The notes under the pieces: generated by a model
Databases searched by the model: none
What the model saw: the letters and a program-made list of their open reading frames with translations, nothing else
What the model was told of the DNA's origin: nothing
Position numbers and translations under genes: made by a program
From: a virus
DNA: 64,000 nt
IMG/VR virus record: IMGVR_UViG_3300035698_017305
Location: 1-64,000 of that record
Strand: one strand, 5' to 3'
Shown here: one piece after another, positions 48,128-56,432 of the stretch
Layout of the letters: each line of letters begins with the position of its first letter
Numbering within the stretch: position 1 is the first letter of the stretch

Positions 48128-48890
48128 AGTAGACACCCCGATTGACCAGACCGCGTTTAGCGGCTTCTATAACCTGGGGGCTGACTCCCAGCTCATCCAT
48201 CATCTGTGAGGTGTGTAGGTTCCGTTCCACTATCATAGAGAACACTCTCCGCTCTAGGTCAAGCTGCTGTACAGCCTCAGTGAGAACTGTAGTCACGCCC
48301 TCACTGGATGTAACAGCCCGTACCGTACCACCAGTTGGGGCTGCAAACTCGGCGAATGCTTCCTCCAACGGTATATCGTGGTGTCCATGTACACATAGGG
48401 CGTGAATGATCACACCTTTCTTCTCAAATGCGGATGACACGTCATCCTCTGTGATACCTTCCCCCTGAGGGTAATGGTCATACTCCTTGTACTTGGGGAT
48501 CCCGTGTTGAGGGGCGTCACCAACCAGTATGCAGTACTTAAGGGAGTGCTCCCTCCATGGGTACTTCAGCGAGGCCGCCAACCCAGTCAGTACTGCCTCA
48601 GGAGCGTCAGCCCCTCCACCAGCGGTGAGCTTACGGATCATAGGTCCCACTTCGGATACCGGGACTAACCTACCATCCGTCATGTCCTTAACTATCCAGG
48701 CATCTGTGAAGTCTCGGTAGGCTGTCACCCCAACTTTGATGTCGGTGTCGGTGTCCTTGGCTACCTTGTTGATCATGCTGAGCATGGTTGTTTTGCAGTA
48801 TTCTAGATCTCTACCCATGGATCCAGTGGCGTCTAAGCAGAACACCAAATCCAGGGATGAGATGTTCTCTTTTTCACCAATCGTATTCAT
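48120..48890 (-). CDS. vWA-domain protein
   Basis: LVFCLDATGSM, YRD, GGGADAPE, LVGDAPQHG; start approximate. Confidence 0.9.
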   Translation of the reverse strand: MNTIGEKENISSLDLVFCLDATGSMGRDLEYCKTTMLSMINKVAKDTDTDIKVGVTAYRDFTDAWIVKDMTDGRLVPVSEVGPMIRKLTAGGGADAPEAVLTGLAASLKYPWREHSLKYCILVGDAPQHGIPKYKEYDHYPQGEGITEDDVSSAFEKKGVIIHALCVHGHHDIPLEEAFAEFAAPTGGTVRAVTSSEGVTTVLTEAVQQLDLERRVFSMIVERNLHTSQMMDELGVSPQVIEAAKRGLVNRGVYYD

Positions 48891-49743
48891 CATCATCTCC
48901 GTCATCATCGTCATCTCCAATAGAGTCGGCCCCGTTGGTCCCGGGAACGCTCACTCTGTAGATCAGTTTTCTACGTTCCCCCTCAGCCACTACGCTTCCT
49001 AGTGCGGTTAGGTCATACACCTTGTCGGTACCATTCAGACATATCCCGGCGTTTACCACCTGGAAGTTAGTCTTTCTGACCCTGGTGAAGTAGGGGTTGC
49101 CAGCCCTAGACTTCCATTCGATCACAAGGTGGTCTCCTTGGTCCATCAGACGCATGAGCTTTCCGCCTGAGGCTAAGAGAGCGTCTCCTACCAACTCCTC
49201 TACAGATTTCTTGCGCCGTGCTTTCTCGTGCTGTACAGCCATGGCTAGGGCTAACAAGTCTGTGGGGGTCATGAACTTGGCTTTCTCTACAGTACCTGCC
49301 TTGAACATCTCTAACATGACAGGGGTTTGATCGAACCCTATCCCAGCAGGTTCCCAGTAGTACCAGTTGGTATGATCGGAGGCTACCCTGACCACATCAA
49401 ACCTTTCCGCACCCTCGACCAAGTGGATCGGAATGATCTCATCGTTCCAGGCACCAAACCAGATGCCGTCTTCTTCATAGAACAAACGTACATTAGCCTT
49501 CACAGGGAGGCACTTCAGGTAGTCGTCCTTCTCTATCTCATCTGCGGGCCGTTGAATTCTTAACCAAGGGGGAGCACATCTGAACAGATGCCACCCATGA
49601 GATGGATTACCCTGCACCTTGAGGGTTACCAGGGTCTTGTCCATTATCACTTTGATGCGCCTACTCCCTAGGAAAGGAGCTACCACGTCAGTAGGTGGTT
49701 TGGCACGCTCCTTTTGGATCATCTTTTCGACAAGACTATCCAT
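48874..49743 (-). CDS. Hypothetical protein of the Ro60/E1 operon
   Basis: 289 aa; C-terminal GICL.G.D..YDL.AL. Confidence 0.75.
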   Translation of the reverse strand: MDSLVEKMIQKERAKPPTDVVAPFLGSRRIKVIMDKTLVTLKVQGNPSHGWHLFRCAPPWLRIQRPADEIEKDDYLKCLPVKANVRLFYEEDGIWFGAWNDEIIPIHLVEGAERFDVVRVASDHTNWYYWEPAGIGFDQTPVMLEMFKAGTVEKAKFMTPTDLLALAMAVQHEKARRKKSVEELVGDALLASGGKLMRLMDQGDHLVIEWKSRAGNPYFTRVRKTNFQVVNAGICLNGTDKVYDLTALGSVVAEGERRKLIYRVSVPGTNGADSIGDDDDDGDDDEYDW

Positions 49744-49784
49744 AGGACTCTCCTTTCATTGTTTAGGAATGTGTGGGTAGGGAG

Positions 49785-49858
49785 GGAGAATGACGGGATT
49801 CGAACCCGCAGTACCTGGAGTCACAGTCCAGTGCCATAACCGTTAGGCTACACTCTCC
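49785..49858 (-). tRNA. trnH: tRNA-His(GTG) with G-1:C73
   Basis: CTGGA-CTGTGAC-TCCAG; 8-bp acceptor. Confidence 0.95.
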
Positions 49859-49887
49859 ATAAATTCTCCGCCCCCTACCCACACTAA

Positions 49888-51606
49888 TTAGGCTGCTCTA
49901 TCGTCTACGGGCAGTGGTGTGTCCATGATCTCTTGCAGAGTGTTCCTAAGAGTTCTGCGAGACAGGAACCTGATAACATCCGGGACCGCAATGAGGTCAG
50001 TGCTGTCGTCCAGGTTGAACACTTGAATGGCGGTGCCAGCGGTGGCCGCAGCATCACGTACACAGCGGTGTCTCTTGTCTTCCAGACTGCCCCACCTTCC
50101 CAGTTTAATCAAGCAAATACTTACCTCATCTGATCCAGGAGGAGCCGTCTCCAGATACTTGGGCCACACATCCGGGAACCGAGGAGCACTATTCTCTCCT
50201 TCATCCGTGATGATAATGACGTTTTCCGCAAAGTCACCACTCCTCATCATCTCGTCGATGCCTACACCAACAGAGGTGGATCCAAGTGCTCTTACCCTAC
50301 GGAACGCCGTAGTCCAGTCCTGTAGCGTACCTCTGCCCGGTACATTGATCTTGTCGGCTTTCACCTCGAAGGTGTATGTGTGCAGAGGAGTACCCGCAAC
50401 CATGGAGGCCGAAATCATAGACCCCAAGGTCTTGGCCAGCTCGATTGCAGCACCCATGGACGTACTACAGTCAACCAGAAGAACGGTCGGCTTGTTGATA
50501 ACCTTCTTGACGCGGGCGTCAGACACTTGGAGAATTTTCTCCTTGATATCTGCGCTGACAGCGGTAGATTCCGCAGCTTTCACCGCCTTTAAGGTATCAA
50601 CCCGACCAGACTTCTTGGCCTTCTTCAGTCGAGACTCCAAGAGCTTGGCAAGGTCCGGGTTGTCCCATGCACCTTTCTTCCTGAATGCTTCCACATTCAT
50701 CAGAAGCTCCTGAGGAGACATTACACTGATCAGTGCTGCCATAACAGCAGGAGTCTGAGTAGTCACCGAGCCTACCGCGATTGGGTAGGGGATTTTGTAC
50801 TTGGCGATCAATTCAGCCTGCTCAGCAGGGTCACTTGTGGTACTCAGCACCTTCTGGTAGTACAGCTTAGGAGTCCTGTGTTCGAGTGGATTCTTCTCAA
50901 ACAGGGCTGACTGTACCCATCCAACTGGTGGTGTATGCGTCCAACTGTACAGAGACTTCAGTGCGCTACCAGCTCTGACAGCGATGGCATCAAACATTTC
51001 TGTGTTGTCCTCCAGGTCACGGAGTAGGCCACCCACAACCTTGCTGACCCTCTTAGGAATGTTCTTAGCTCCCGGGATACCGGTTACCTGGAACACTGAG
51101 GTCATGTAGGTGCCGTCCCGATTCTTCTCAAACCGGAGGTCTGCATCTTTTGCTCTGGGAATCTTGGCTTTGACCAACCTCAGGAATGCTTCCCGTTCCG
51201 TAGCCGTGGAAGTGCCGTTCCGTAGCTTTGGGTTTAGGTCCGTCTTTGCCTTCATGATGTCCTTGTCGTCAGACAATTTCACCACAACCTTACCTTCCTT
51301 GAGCAGGTTGATGATCCGGTGAATCTCATACACTGGGAACCTGGGCAGTAAGGCAGCCCCAACATCCCTGAACAGGACGTCATCAGGCATACCTCGGAGT
51401 AAGTACGCTGTCATCAGTTCCTTGTGATCCCGGATCTCCGTGTTGTCCATGGCCCATACAGCGAGGTGGGCGAAGAATTCCGGGTCCGCTTCGAACATTG
51501 TCCGGAATAACTCATGAGATCCCTTGCCGATATTCCGGTGTGGAGTACTCATGAAAGCCTTTAGCATGTCCAATCGGACATCAGCTTCTCTGGTTTCGGT
51601 CGCCAT
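49888..51606 (-). CDS. Ro60-like TROVE + vWA RNA-binding protein (divergent)
   Basis: Helical N-terminus (DPEFFAHLAVW..IRD), SPQELLMNV, C-terminal vWA LVDCSTSM, GSTS, IITDEGEN; SD AAGGAG. Confidence 0.75.
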   Translation of the reverse strand: MATETREADVRLDMLKAFMSTPHRNIGKGSHELFRTMFEADPEFFAHLAVWAMDNTEIRDHKELMTAYLLRGMPDDVLFRDVGAALLPRFPVYEIHRIINLLKEGKVVVKLSDDKDIMKAKTDLNPKLRNGTSTATEREAFLRLVKAKIPRAKDADLRFEKNRDGTYMTSVFQVTGIPGAKNIPKRVSKVVGGLLRDLEDNTEMFDAIAVRAGSALKSLYSWTHTPPVGWVQSALFEKNPLEHRTPKLYYQKVLSTTSDPAEQAELIAKYKIPYPIAVGSVTTQTPAVMAALISVMSPQELLMNVEAFRKKGAWDNPDLAKLLESRLKKAKKSGRVDTLKAVKAAESTAVSADIKEKILQVSDARVKKVINKPTVLLVDCSTSMGAAIELAKTLGSMISASMVAGTPLHTYTFEVKADKINVPGRGTLQDWTTAFRRVRALGSTSVGVGIDEMMRSGDFAENVIIITDEGENSAPRFPDVWPKYLETAPPGSDEVSICLIKLGRWGSLEDKRHRCVRDAAATAGTAIQVFNLDDSTDLIAVPDVIRFLSRRTLRNTLQEIMDTPLPVDDRAA

Positions 51607-51653
51607 ATGACTTTCTCCTTTTCATTTCTGGACCGCTACCGTTTTATAGGTAT

Positions 51654-51714
51654 AAAAAAAGATCGCAGGAAGTCACCGAGGTAGGTCCAATACCACGGAA
51701 GTGCTTGCGATCTT
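51654..51714 (-). terminator. Long hairpin plus T-tract between RNA array and Ro60-like gene
   Basis: AAGATCGCA...TGCGATCTT followed by TTTTT on minus strand. Confidence 0.6.
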
Positions 51715-51746
51715 CCCCATGTGGGGACTGTCTAATGAATATGGTT

Positions 51747-51825
51747 AGAACAGCTAGCTAGTCGTGGGAACCGTTGTTTTTCGCCAAATGAAAATGTATG
51801 TTCCGACTGTAGGGCTAGCTGTTCT
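51747..51825 (-). ncRNA. Y-RNA-like unit 1: scaffold only, no tRNA module
   Basis: 12-bp outer stem AGAACAGCTAGC; CCTAC-AGTC-GGAAC-ATACA ... GTTCC-CAC-GACT-AGC. Confidence 0.75.
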
Positions 51826-51842
51826 TTTCTGACTTGGTTTCT

Positions 51843-51982
51843 GGGGTAGCGAGTCTGTAGGCCCAATTGATTTGTTAGTCTGATCCGTAGTCAGATGCCT
51901 TAACCACTTGGCCACATATGATTTCTCACATGATGGGATTCGAACCCACGTTAAAATGTATGGCCCACATGTAGGGCTACCC
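51843..51982 (-). ncRNA. Y-RNA-like unit 2: permuted tRNA T-acceptor-D-anticodon (ACG)
   Basis: GTGGG-TTCGAAT-CCCAT; CATGTGA-GAAA-TCATATG; TGGCCAAGTGGTTAAGGC; TCTGA-CTACGGA-TCAGA. Confidence 0.85.
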
Positions 51983-51999
51983 TAGAACTGTATAGTGTT

Positions 52000-52149
52000 T
52001 TTCGAGAGTGCTAGTCGAAGGACCCATTGTAAAACTGGATGCTCTACCATTGAGCTACTTGGGCTCAAGCCCAAGACAGGAATTGAACCTGCGCCTTCCC
52101 CTTGGTATGGGACGTTTGTGTATGGCCCGTCTGTAGGGCACTCTCGAAA
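52000..52149 (-). ncRNA. Y-RNA-like unit 3: permuted tRNA (anticodon ACC)-T-acceptor-D, YrlA-like
   Basis: TCCC-ATACCAA-GGGG; GCAGG-TTCAATT-CCTGT; CTTGGGC-TTGA-GCCCAAG; TAGCTCAATGGTAGAGC. Confidence 0.85.
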
Positions 52150-52163
52150 TTGTGTATAAATGC

Positions 52164-52317
52164 TATGGAACTAGCGAGTCGTAAAGCCCATTGATCTTTA
52201 ATCGCTTGTGCTAAATACAAGTGCCTTTACCAATTTGGCCACTCTGGGTGAGCCCCAGAGGAAGGATTCGAACCTCCAAAATGATATGTATGGCTTAACT
52301 GTAGGGCTAATTCCATA
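52164..52317 (-). ncRNA. Y-RNA-like unit 4: permuted tRNA T-acceptor-D-anticodon (TTA)
   Basis: GGAGG-TTCGAAT-CCTTC; CTCTGGG-GCTCA-CCCAGAG; GCCAAATTGGTAAAGGC; CTTGT-ATTTAGC-ACAAG. Confidence 0.85.
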
Positions 52318-52334
52318 TTGAAACTGTTAAGGTG

Positions 52335-52464
52335 CGGCTAGCTAGTCGAGAGACCCATATTAGGTACACCGAGGTGGAATTGAACCACCGACTTTTTGCT
52401 TAATAGGCAAATGCTCTATCCAACTGAGCTATTGGTATGTATGGCCTAACTGTAGGGCTAACCG
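52335..52464 (-). ncRNA. Y-RNA-like unit 5: unpermuted Asn-like cloverleaf (ATT) inside scaffold
   Basis: ATACCAA/TCGGTGT-ACCT; GCTC-AGTTGGATA-GAGC; TTTGC-CTATTAA-GCAAA; GGTGG-TTCAATT-CCACC. Confidence 0.85.
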
Positions 52465-52492
52465 AACCTATATTTGATTTCCAAAGAACTGA

Positions 52493-52664
52493 ACATTAGA
52501 GAAGATGGGGCAGCTAGTCGAGAGATCCCAAGTAACTTAACTAAGCTACTCCCCCGTAGTGGTGGGGGAGGCTGGAATTGAACCAGCGACACTTTACTTT
52601 CACGTAAATGCTCTACCATTGTTTGTATGATCCAACTGTAGGGCTACCTCATCATCTCTAATGT
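52493..52664 (-). ncRNA. Y-RNA-like unit 6: tRNA opened in the D loop (Phe-like GAA)
   Basis: GGTAGAGC; TTTAC-GTGAAA-GTAAA; GCTGG-TTCAATT-CCAGC; CTCCCCC-ACCACTAC-GGGGGAG; TAGCTT. Confidence 0.85.
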
Positions 52665-52674
52665 CAAAGAATTA

Positions 52675-52810
52675 AACTGTGAGCGGGTAACTAGTCGAAG
52701 GGCCTTTGTAACGTTCTGCTTCATCAGCAGCCCCCGTATGGTGGAGGCTCAGGGAGTTAAACCCCGAACTGTTATGTACGGTCCCACTGTAGGGTTACCC
52801 CGTCACAGTT
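52675..52810 (-). ncRNA. Y-RNA-like unit 7: T arm plus closed Ala/tmRNA-like acceptor
   Basis: CGGGG-TTTAACT-CCCTG; AGCCTCC-ACCATAC-GGGGGCT (G3.U70). Confidence 0.8.
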
Positions 52811-53036
52811 ATTTACCGAACTTACCGTCTGGCCTCAAGTGTACTGTGCCGGACGCTTCAAATGGGTCTGCAACAAACGAGTTGAATGTTGAGACGTCTT
52901 TGCTGAGTGCACCGGCTACTGCCAGCTTAAGGTCTGCTTCATCGAAGACATCTCCTAAGTCCAACTCCTCCACTGGGAGTGTTTGGGATTGTCCGTCAAC
53001 GAACACGTTTATGAATTGGAAGTTATTACGTTCCAT
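52809..53036 (-). CDS. Small ubiquitin-like (beta-grasp-type) protein ending FG-K
   Basis: 75 aa after SD AAGGAG; INVFVDGQSQTLPV...GTVHLRPDGKFGK; same operon as JAB/E1 set 2. Confidence 0.6.
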   Translation of the reverse strand: MERNNFQFINVFVDGQSQTLPVEELDLGDVFDEADLKLAVAGALSKDVSTFNSFVADPFEASGTVHLRPDGKFGK

Positions 53037-53083
53037 CTTGATCTCCTTATGGCGTACTTTATACCTGATTCTCAGATGGCCCG

Positions 53084-54103
53084 TCAAGAACTTTTTATTT
53101 TTGATTTCCCCCACATGACCGGTGCAGGTTTTCCGTCCTTGAGTATGGGCTTAGCCTTGTGTTTCTTCTTTGGCCTGGGGGGAGGGGCTGGTAGCTTGTC
53201 AGACTTCCTGATCTTATCCAACGTTAGCTTAGCCACGGCCTCTCCTATAGCCAGTGCCTGTGAGTCCCTGGGGAATAGATGGCGTTTACCATCAGATAAC
53301 CCGTAGTGCCGGTTACCTTCCCAGAATATATAGCTACCATCCCGTAGTTTACTGTAGTCTAGTGCTACGAAATCGTGTCCGAGCAGTTGGCCCGCCCGCA
53401 ATACTTGATCAGCATTAGGCTCACCGCCCCTCAAGAACATCCTGTCCTCGTGCAGGGCCTGTGGGTGTGTAAGTGTATCCCTCATGTGAACGTTCCACTT
53501 GTCAGCGACAACCAACTGGCGCAGAATCAGTTGATCTCCTATGACAAACGTTCTCCACTTCCGGTAGTATCCATCTTCACTCTGGTAATCTGCATACTTG
53601 ATAGCCAGGGTTAGCTTTACCCTACTGTCTTTGATTACCTTAGCCGCCTCTTTACTGTTGTGTACGAGGTGCATGTGACGGCCACCATGGTCACTGTCTC
53701 TTCTTAGAATGGCTGGGTAGCCAATAGATAGAGCAGTGAATGATGAGAACAGTTGATGCTGCGGAGTTGGGATACCATTATCTTCCCACACCCTATACAT
53801 CGTAGAGTGTTTGTTATCGAACTTACTGATTGGTTGTATCACAGGCAGGCCAATCTCGCGTGCCCGGACTTCTATCTGTTTGGCTTTGGAGAGGTACTCT
53901 TGCTTGGCTCCATACGACCAGAACAAGATCGCATCATAGTCGAACAACTTGGGCATGGCCGTGAACTGGGGACATATAGTTGTCCATTTCAGCCCAGCCT
54001 TTTGAAACCCGTCAGTCAGGGATTTACCTGCGGGGTTACGGGTAAACATCGCTTCTGTGTTAGTTACCACTAGAACTCTAGGTCCCTGACCGACTGGTGC
54101 CAT
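53084..54103 (-). CDS. ATP-grasp-fold protein, paralog of 44184-45209
   Basis: PAILRR..DHGG, YYRKWRTFVIG, FVALDY, FWEGN. Confidence 0.75.
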   Translation of the reverse strand: MAPVGQGPRVLVVTNTEAMFTRNPAGKSLTDGFQKAGLKWTTICPQFTAMPKLFDYDAILFWSYGAKQEYLSKAKQIEVRAREIGLPVIQPISKFDNKHSTMYRVWEDNGIPTPQHQLFSSFTALSIGYPAILRRDSDHGGRHMHLVHNSKEAAKVIKDSRVKLTLAIKYADYQSEDGYYRKWRTFVIGDQLILRQLVVADKWNVHMRDTLTHPQALHEDRMFLRGGEPNADQVLRAGQLLGHDFVALDYSKLRDGSYIFWEGNRHYGLSDGKRHLFPRDSQALAIGEAVAKLTLDKIRKSDKLPAPPPRPKKKHKAKPILKDGKPAPVMWGKSKIKSS

Positions 54104-54107
54104 TATG

Positions 54108-54563
54108 TTATCCCCTCCACAAAGATTTGTGCCCTATTGGTACGATGGAACGAGCCCTGTCAACGATACCCTTTGCGCCAGGGTTCACGATCTTAAGGCT
54201 GTCGGTTCTCCTTAGACCCGCTAGGATAGCACGGGTGAAGGCCAGAGTCTCGCCTACTATTCTTTCTTCCCCATCCTCATCCACTTTGAGAGCGATACCG
54301 GTGGCAGTTCCAGTCGGTGTTGTGATGAAGCAGGTACGGATGCTGGATTTATCCGCATACCTCTTTAGTTTGAACTGTACATCAGATGCCTCCAGGCTTT
54401 CGACCGCGATCCTGTTCATCCTTTTCTGGATCTGTGGCCCTACCACCCCCAGAACTTCGGAGTCCTTTTCATCCACGAAGTCTTCCAGGATGTAGTTCAG
54501 GGTTCTCTTGACTGACCTTTGCGTTCGATGGTTGTGTGCGTGGTTTATTGCTCGTTGTCCCAT
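54108..54563 (-). CDS. Hypothetical protein
   Basis: 151 aa ORF. Confidence 0.6.
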   Translation of the reverse strand: MGQRAINHAHNHRTQRSVKRTLNYILEDFVDEKDSEVLGVVGPQIQKRMNRIAVESLEASDVQFKLKRYADKSSIRTCFITTPTGTATGIALKVDEDGEERIVGETLAFTRAILAGLRRTDSLKIVNPGAKGIVDRARSIVPIGHKSLWRG

Positions 54564-54869
54564 TTACAATGCTCCTTTGTCTCGTAGCTCTTCAATGACT
54601 GCTTTTTGAATCCGCTTCTTTTTCAACGCTGGTGGCCTATCCACCACTACTCTCTTCTTGCTGCCATCAGGCACCAGGACTGTAGTGAACAGTGTCCGGG
54701 CCCTGGCCTTGGCTAATAACTCATCCTCAAATACATGGCATGCAACTTTTATCCCATCGACCAATATGGGAACAATCAGACCGTTTAACATAGAATACCT
54801 CCAAGTCTTGAACCTCTTATGGCGGGAACTGATCAGTTTTTCCTTGACAGATGAGTATGGTTTATTCAT
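54564..54869 (-). CDS. Small basic hypothetical protein
   Basis: 101 aa ORF. Confidence 0.55.
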   Translation of the reverse strand: MNKPYSSVKEKLISSRHKRFKTWRYSMLNGLIVPILVDGIKVACHVFEDELLAKARARTLFTTVLVPDGSKKRVVVDRPPALKKKRIQKAVIEELRDKGAL

Positions 54870-54905
54870 ATACTTGAGTACTGTATATGTATAACCGGAG
54901 TTGGA

Positions 54906-55151
54906 ATGGCAAACGTAAAAGAGGGTGAAGGATACCAGAGGGAGTTGGACGAACTCCTAGATATACTGGATTCGAAGAAGAAAGCCCGTAGTGCTAACAA
55001 CCGTATAGCCCATTGTCCTAAGTGTGACTCAACAAAGTACCGTGTAAAAGTAGCAGGCAGAACAGTTACTTACACCTGCAAGGACTGTGGTGGGTCTTGG
55101 CAGGGAACCATGTTTTCACCTATGGGAGTTATAGCGAATGGCAGAGAATGA
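54906..55151 (+). CDS. Small Zn-ribbon protein
   Basis: CPKC...CKDC. Confidence 0.65.
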   Translation: MANVKEGEGYQRELDELLDILDSKKKARSANNRIAHCPKCDSTKYRVKVAGRTVTYTCKDCGGSWQGTMFSPMGVIANGRE

Positions 55152-55941
55152 GGGACCGACGATCCAAGATCTACTTGAGGCGACCAAAGGAAAGAGCGCC
55201 CCGCGTGGAGGAGCAGGTGCAGAGGATGGAGTTAAGAGGATAGTTAATCGTCCGGCTAAGGGGGGCGGATCCAAAATTGACCCTGAGGCGGCCATGGCTA
55301 TGCTGGAGGGCATGATTCAAAAGCAGGAAGGCTCACCTAGCATGTCGGAAGATGCATTGGAACAGCATCTAGATGAACAGCAGCACGTCCCAGAACCGGT
55401 AGCGGCAGTAGAACCGCAGGAGACTAACCCAACTGATGATCTCCAAATGGAGATGCTGGCGGAAGAGGAAGCTTTCGCAGAAGTCTCAGAGCATATTACA
55501 GCCCTTGTTTCAGACTATAGAAGGGAGGCCATCGAGAAGCGGTGCACCCCACTAGACGTGGAACAGCTCATTGTAAACGGTGAAGTGAGGCAAAGGGTCA
55601 TCGTGGTACCGGGTAAGTTCGAACCCACCTTCAGATCAAACAGCACCAGAGAAGACATGTTCATCAAAGAAGTGATGTTCGGAGTTACTGGGTCAGCCCA
55701 ATACATCCGGGACAAGTTCGCTTTGATGCAACTGACCCTCGGGGTTGTGGCAATTAACAACCAACCATTACCGTCTCACCTGGATGGGTCAGGTAGGCCG
55801 ACTAAGGATCTGTTCTGGGCTAAGTACGAAAAGACCCTGGACCTTCCTGCTACTCTCATTGCGGACTTGGCTGTCAACCACACATGGTTTAGCCAGCGAG
55901 CCCAAGGTCTGACAATATTCGACGAAGTAAAAAATGGTTAA
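55138..55941 (+). CDS. Hypothetical phage protein (possibly assembly-related)
   Basis: 267 aa; coupled to next gene. Confidence 0.7.
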   Translation: MAENEGPTIQDLLEATKGKSAPRGGAGAEDGVKRIVNRPAKGGGSKIDPEAAMAMLEGMIQKQEGSPSMSEDALEQHLDEQQHVPEPVAAVEPQETNPTDDLQMEMLAEEEAFAEVSEHITALVSDYRREAIEKRCTPLDVEQLIVNGEVRQRVIVVPGKFEPTFRSNSTREDMFIKEVMFGVTGSAQYIRDKFALMQLTLGVVAINNQPLPSHLDGSGRPTKDLFWAKYEKTLDLPATLIADLAVNHTWFSQRAQGLTIFDEVKNG

Positions 55942-56312
55942 TGACTCCACTAGGGTGGGCAGTAGGCAATATGATGTACGACAAATCGCCTGTGCCCGAA
56001 CATGGCACCCCCGTGGAGTTGATGTTCCTATTGATCCGGTCCATGAAGTTCAATGCGGATATCGAGAAGACTCGTGCTTTGATGACTGCGGCGATCAACC
56101 CGGAGAAGGCACAGGATGCTTTCAAGGAATACAGGATAGCCGTACTTCCCTACCTAGTGAAGCAGGAAGAGAAGGAGAAAGCAGAGTTGGCTAAGGTCAT
56201 GGACAGGATGGTAGCTCAAGGACCACTGCAAATCACCCCGATGGTTGACCTAGGTGACCAGTTGCGGAAGATGAAGAAGGATGCACGTAGTGCCAAAAAA
56301 ACCGCAAATTGA
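55941..56312 (+). CDS. Hypothetical protein
   Basis: 123 aa; TAATG coupling. Confidence 0.65.
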   Translation: MTPLGWAVGNMMYDKSPVPEHGTPVELMFLLIRSMKFNADIEKTRALMTAAINPEKAQDAFKEYRIAVLPYLVKQEEKEKAELAKVMDRMVAQGPLQITPMVDLGDQLRKMKKDARSAKKTAN

Positions 56313-56432
56313 TATCACTGATGCCATGAAGACGTTTAAGAGAGGGGTCACTGCGGGTGAGAAGATAGCTGAACAATTGGAGAGGCTCAACAATACTTTA
56401 GACAAGGTGGTTAAGTCCACTTCTAAGAAGAG

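Noticed and set aside
51659-51714. SRP (4.5S) RNA
   Set aside because: Lacks the CAGG/GGAA-loop/AGCA domain IV arrangement
51877-51895. Unit 2 anticodon arm TCTGACTACGGATCAGA resembling eukaryotic tRNA-Arg(ACG) as I recall it
   Set aside because: Only 17 nt and constrained by self-pairing; insufficient to claim eukaryotic origin
51747-52810. CRISPR array
   Set aside because: Conserved parts are two complementary arms enclosing tRNA-like inserts, unit length varies 79-172 nt, and no cas genes are present
51843-52810. Ordinary tRNA genes in the array
   Set aside because: Acceptor stems are loop-closed or embedded, arm order is permuted and several anticodon loops are non-standard
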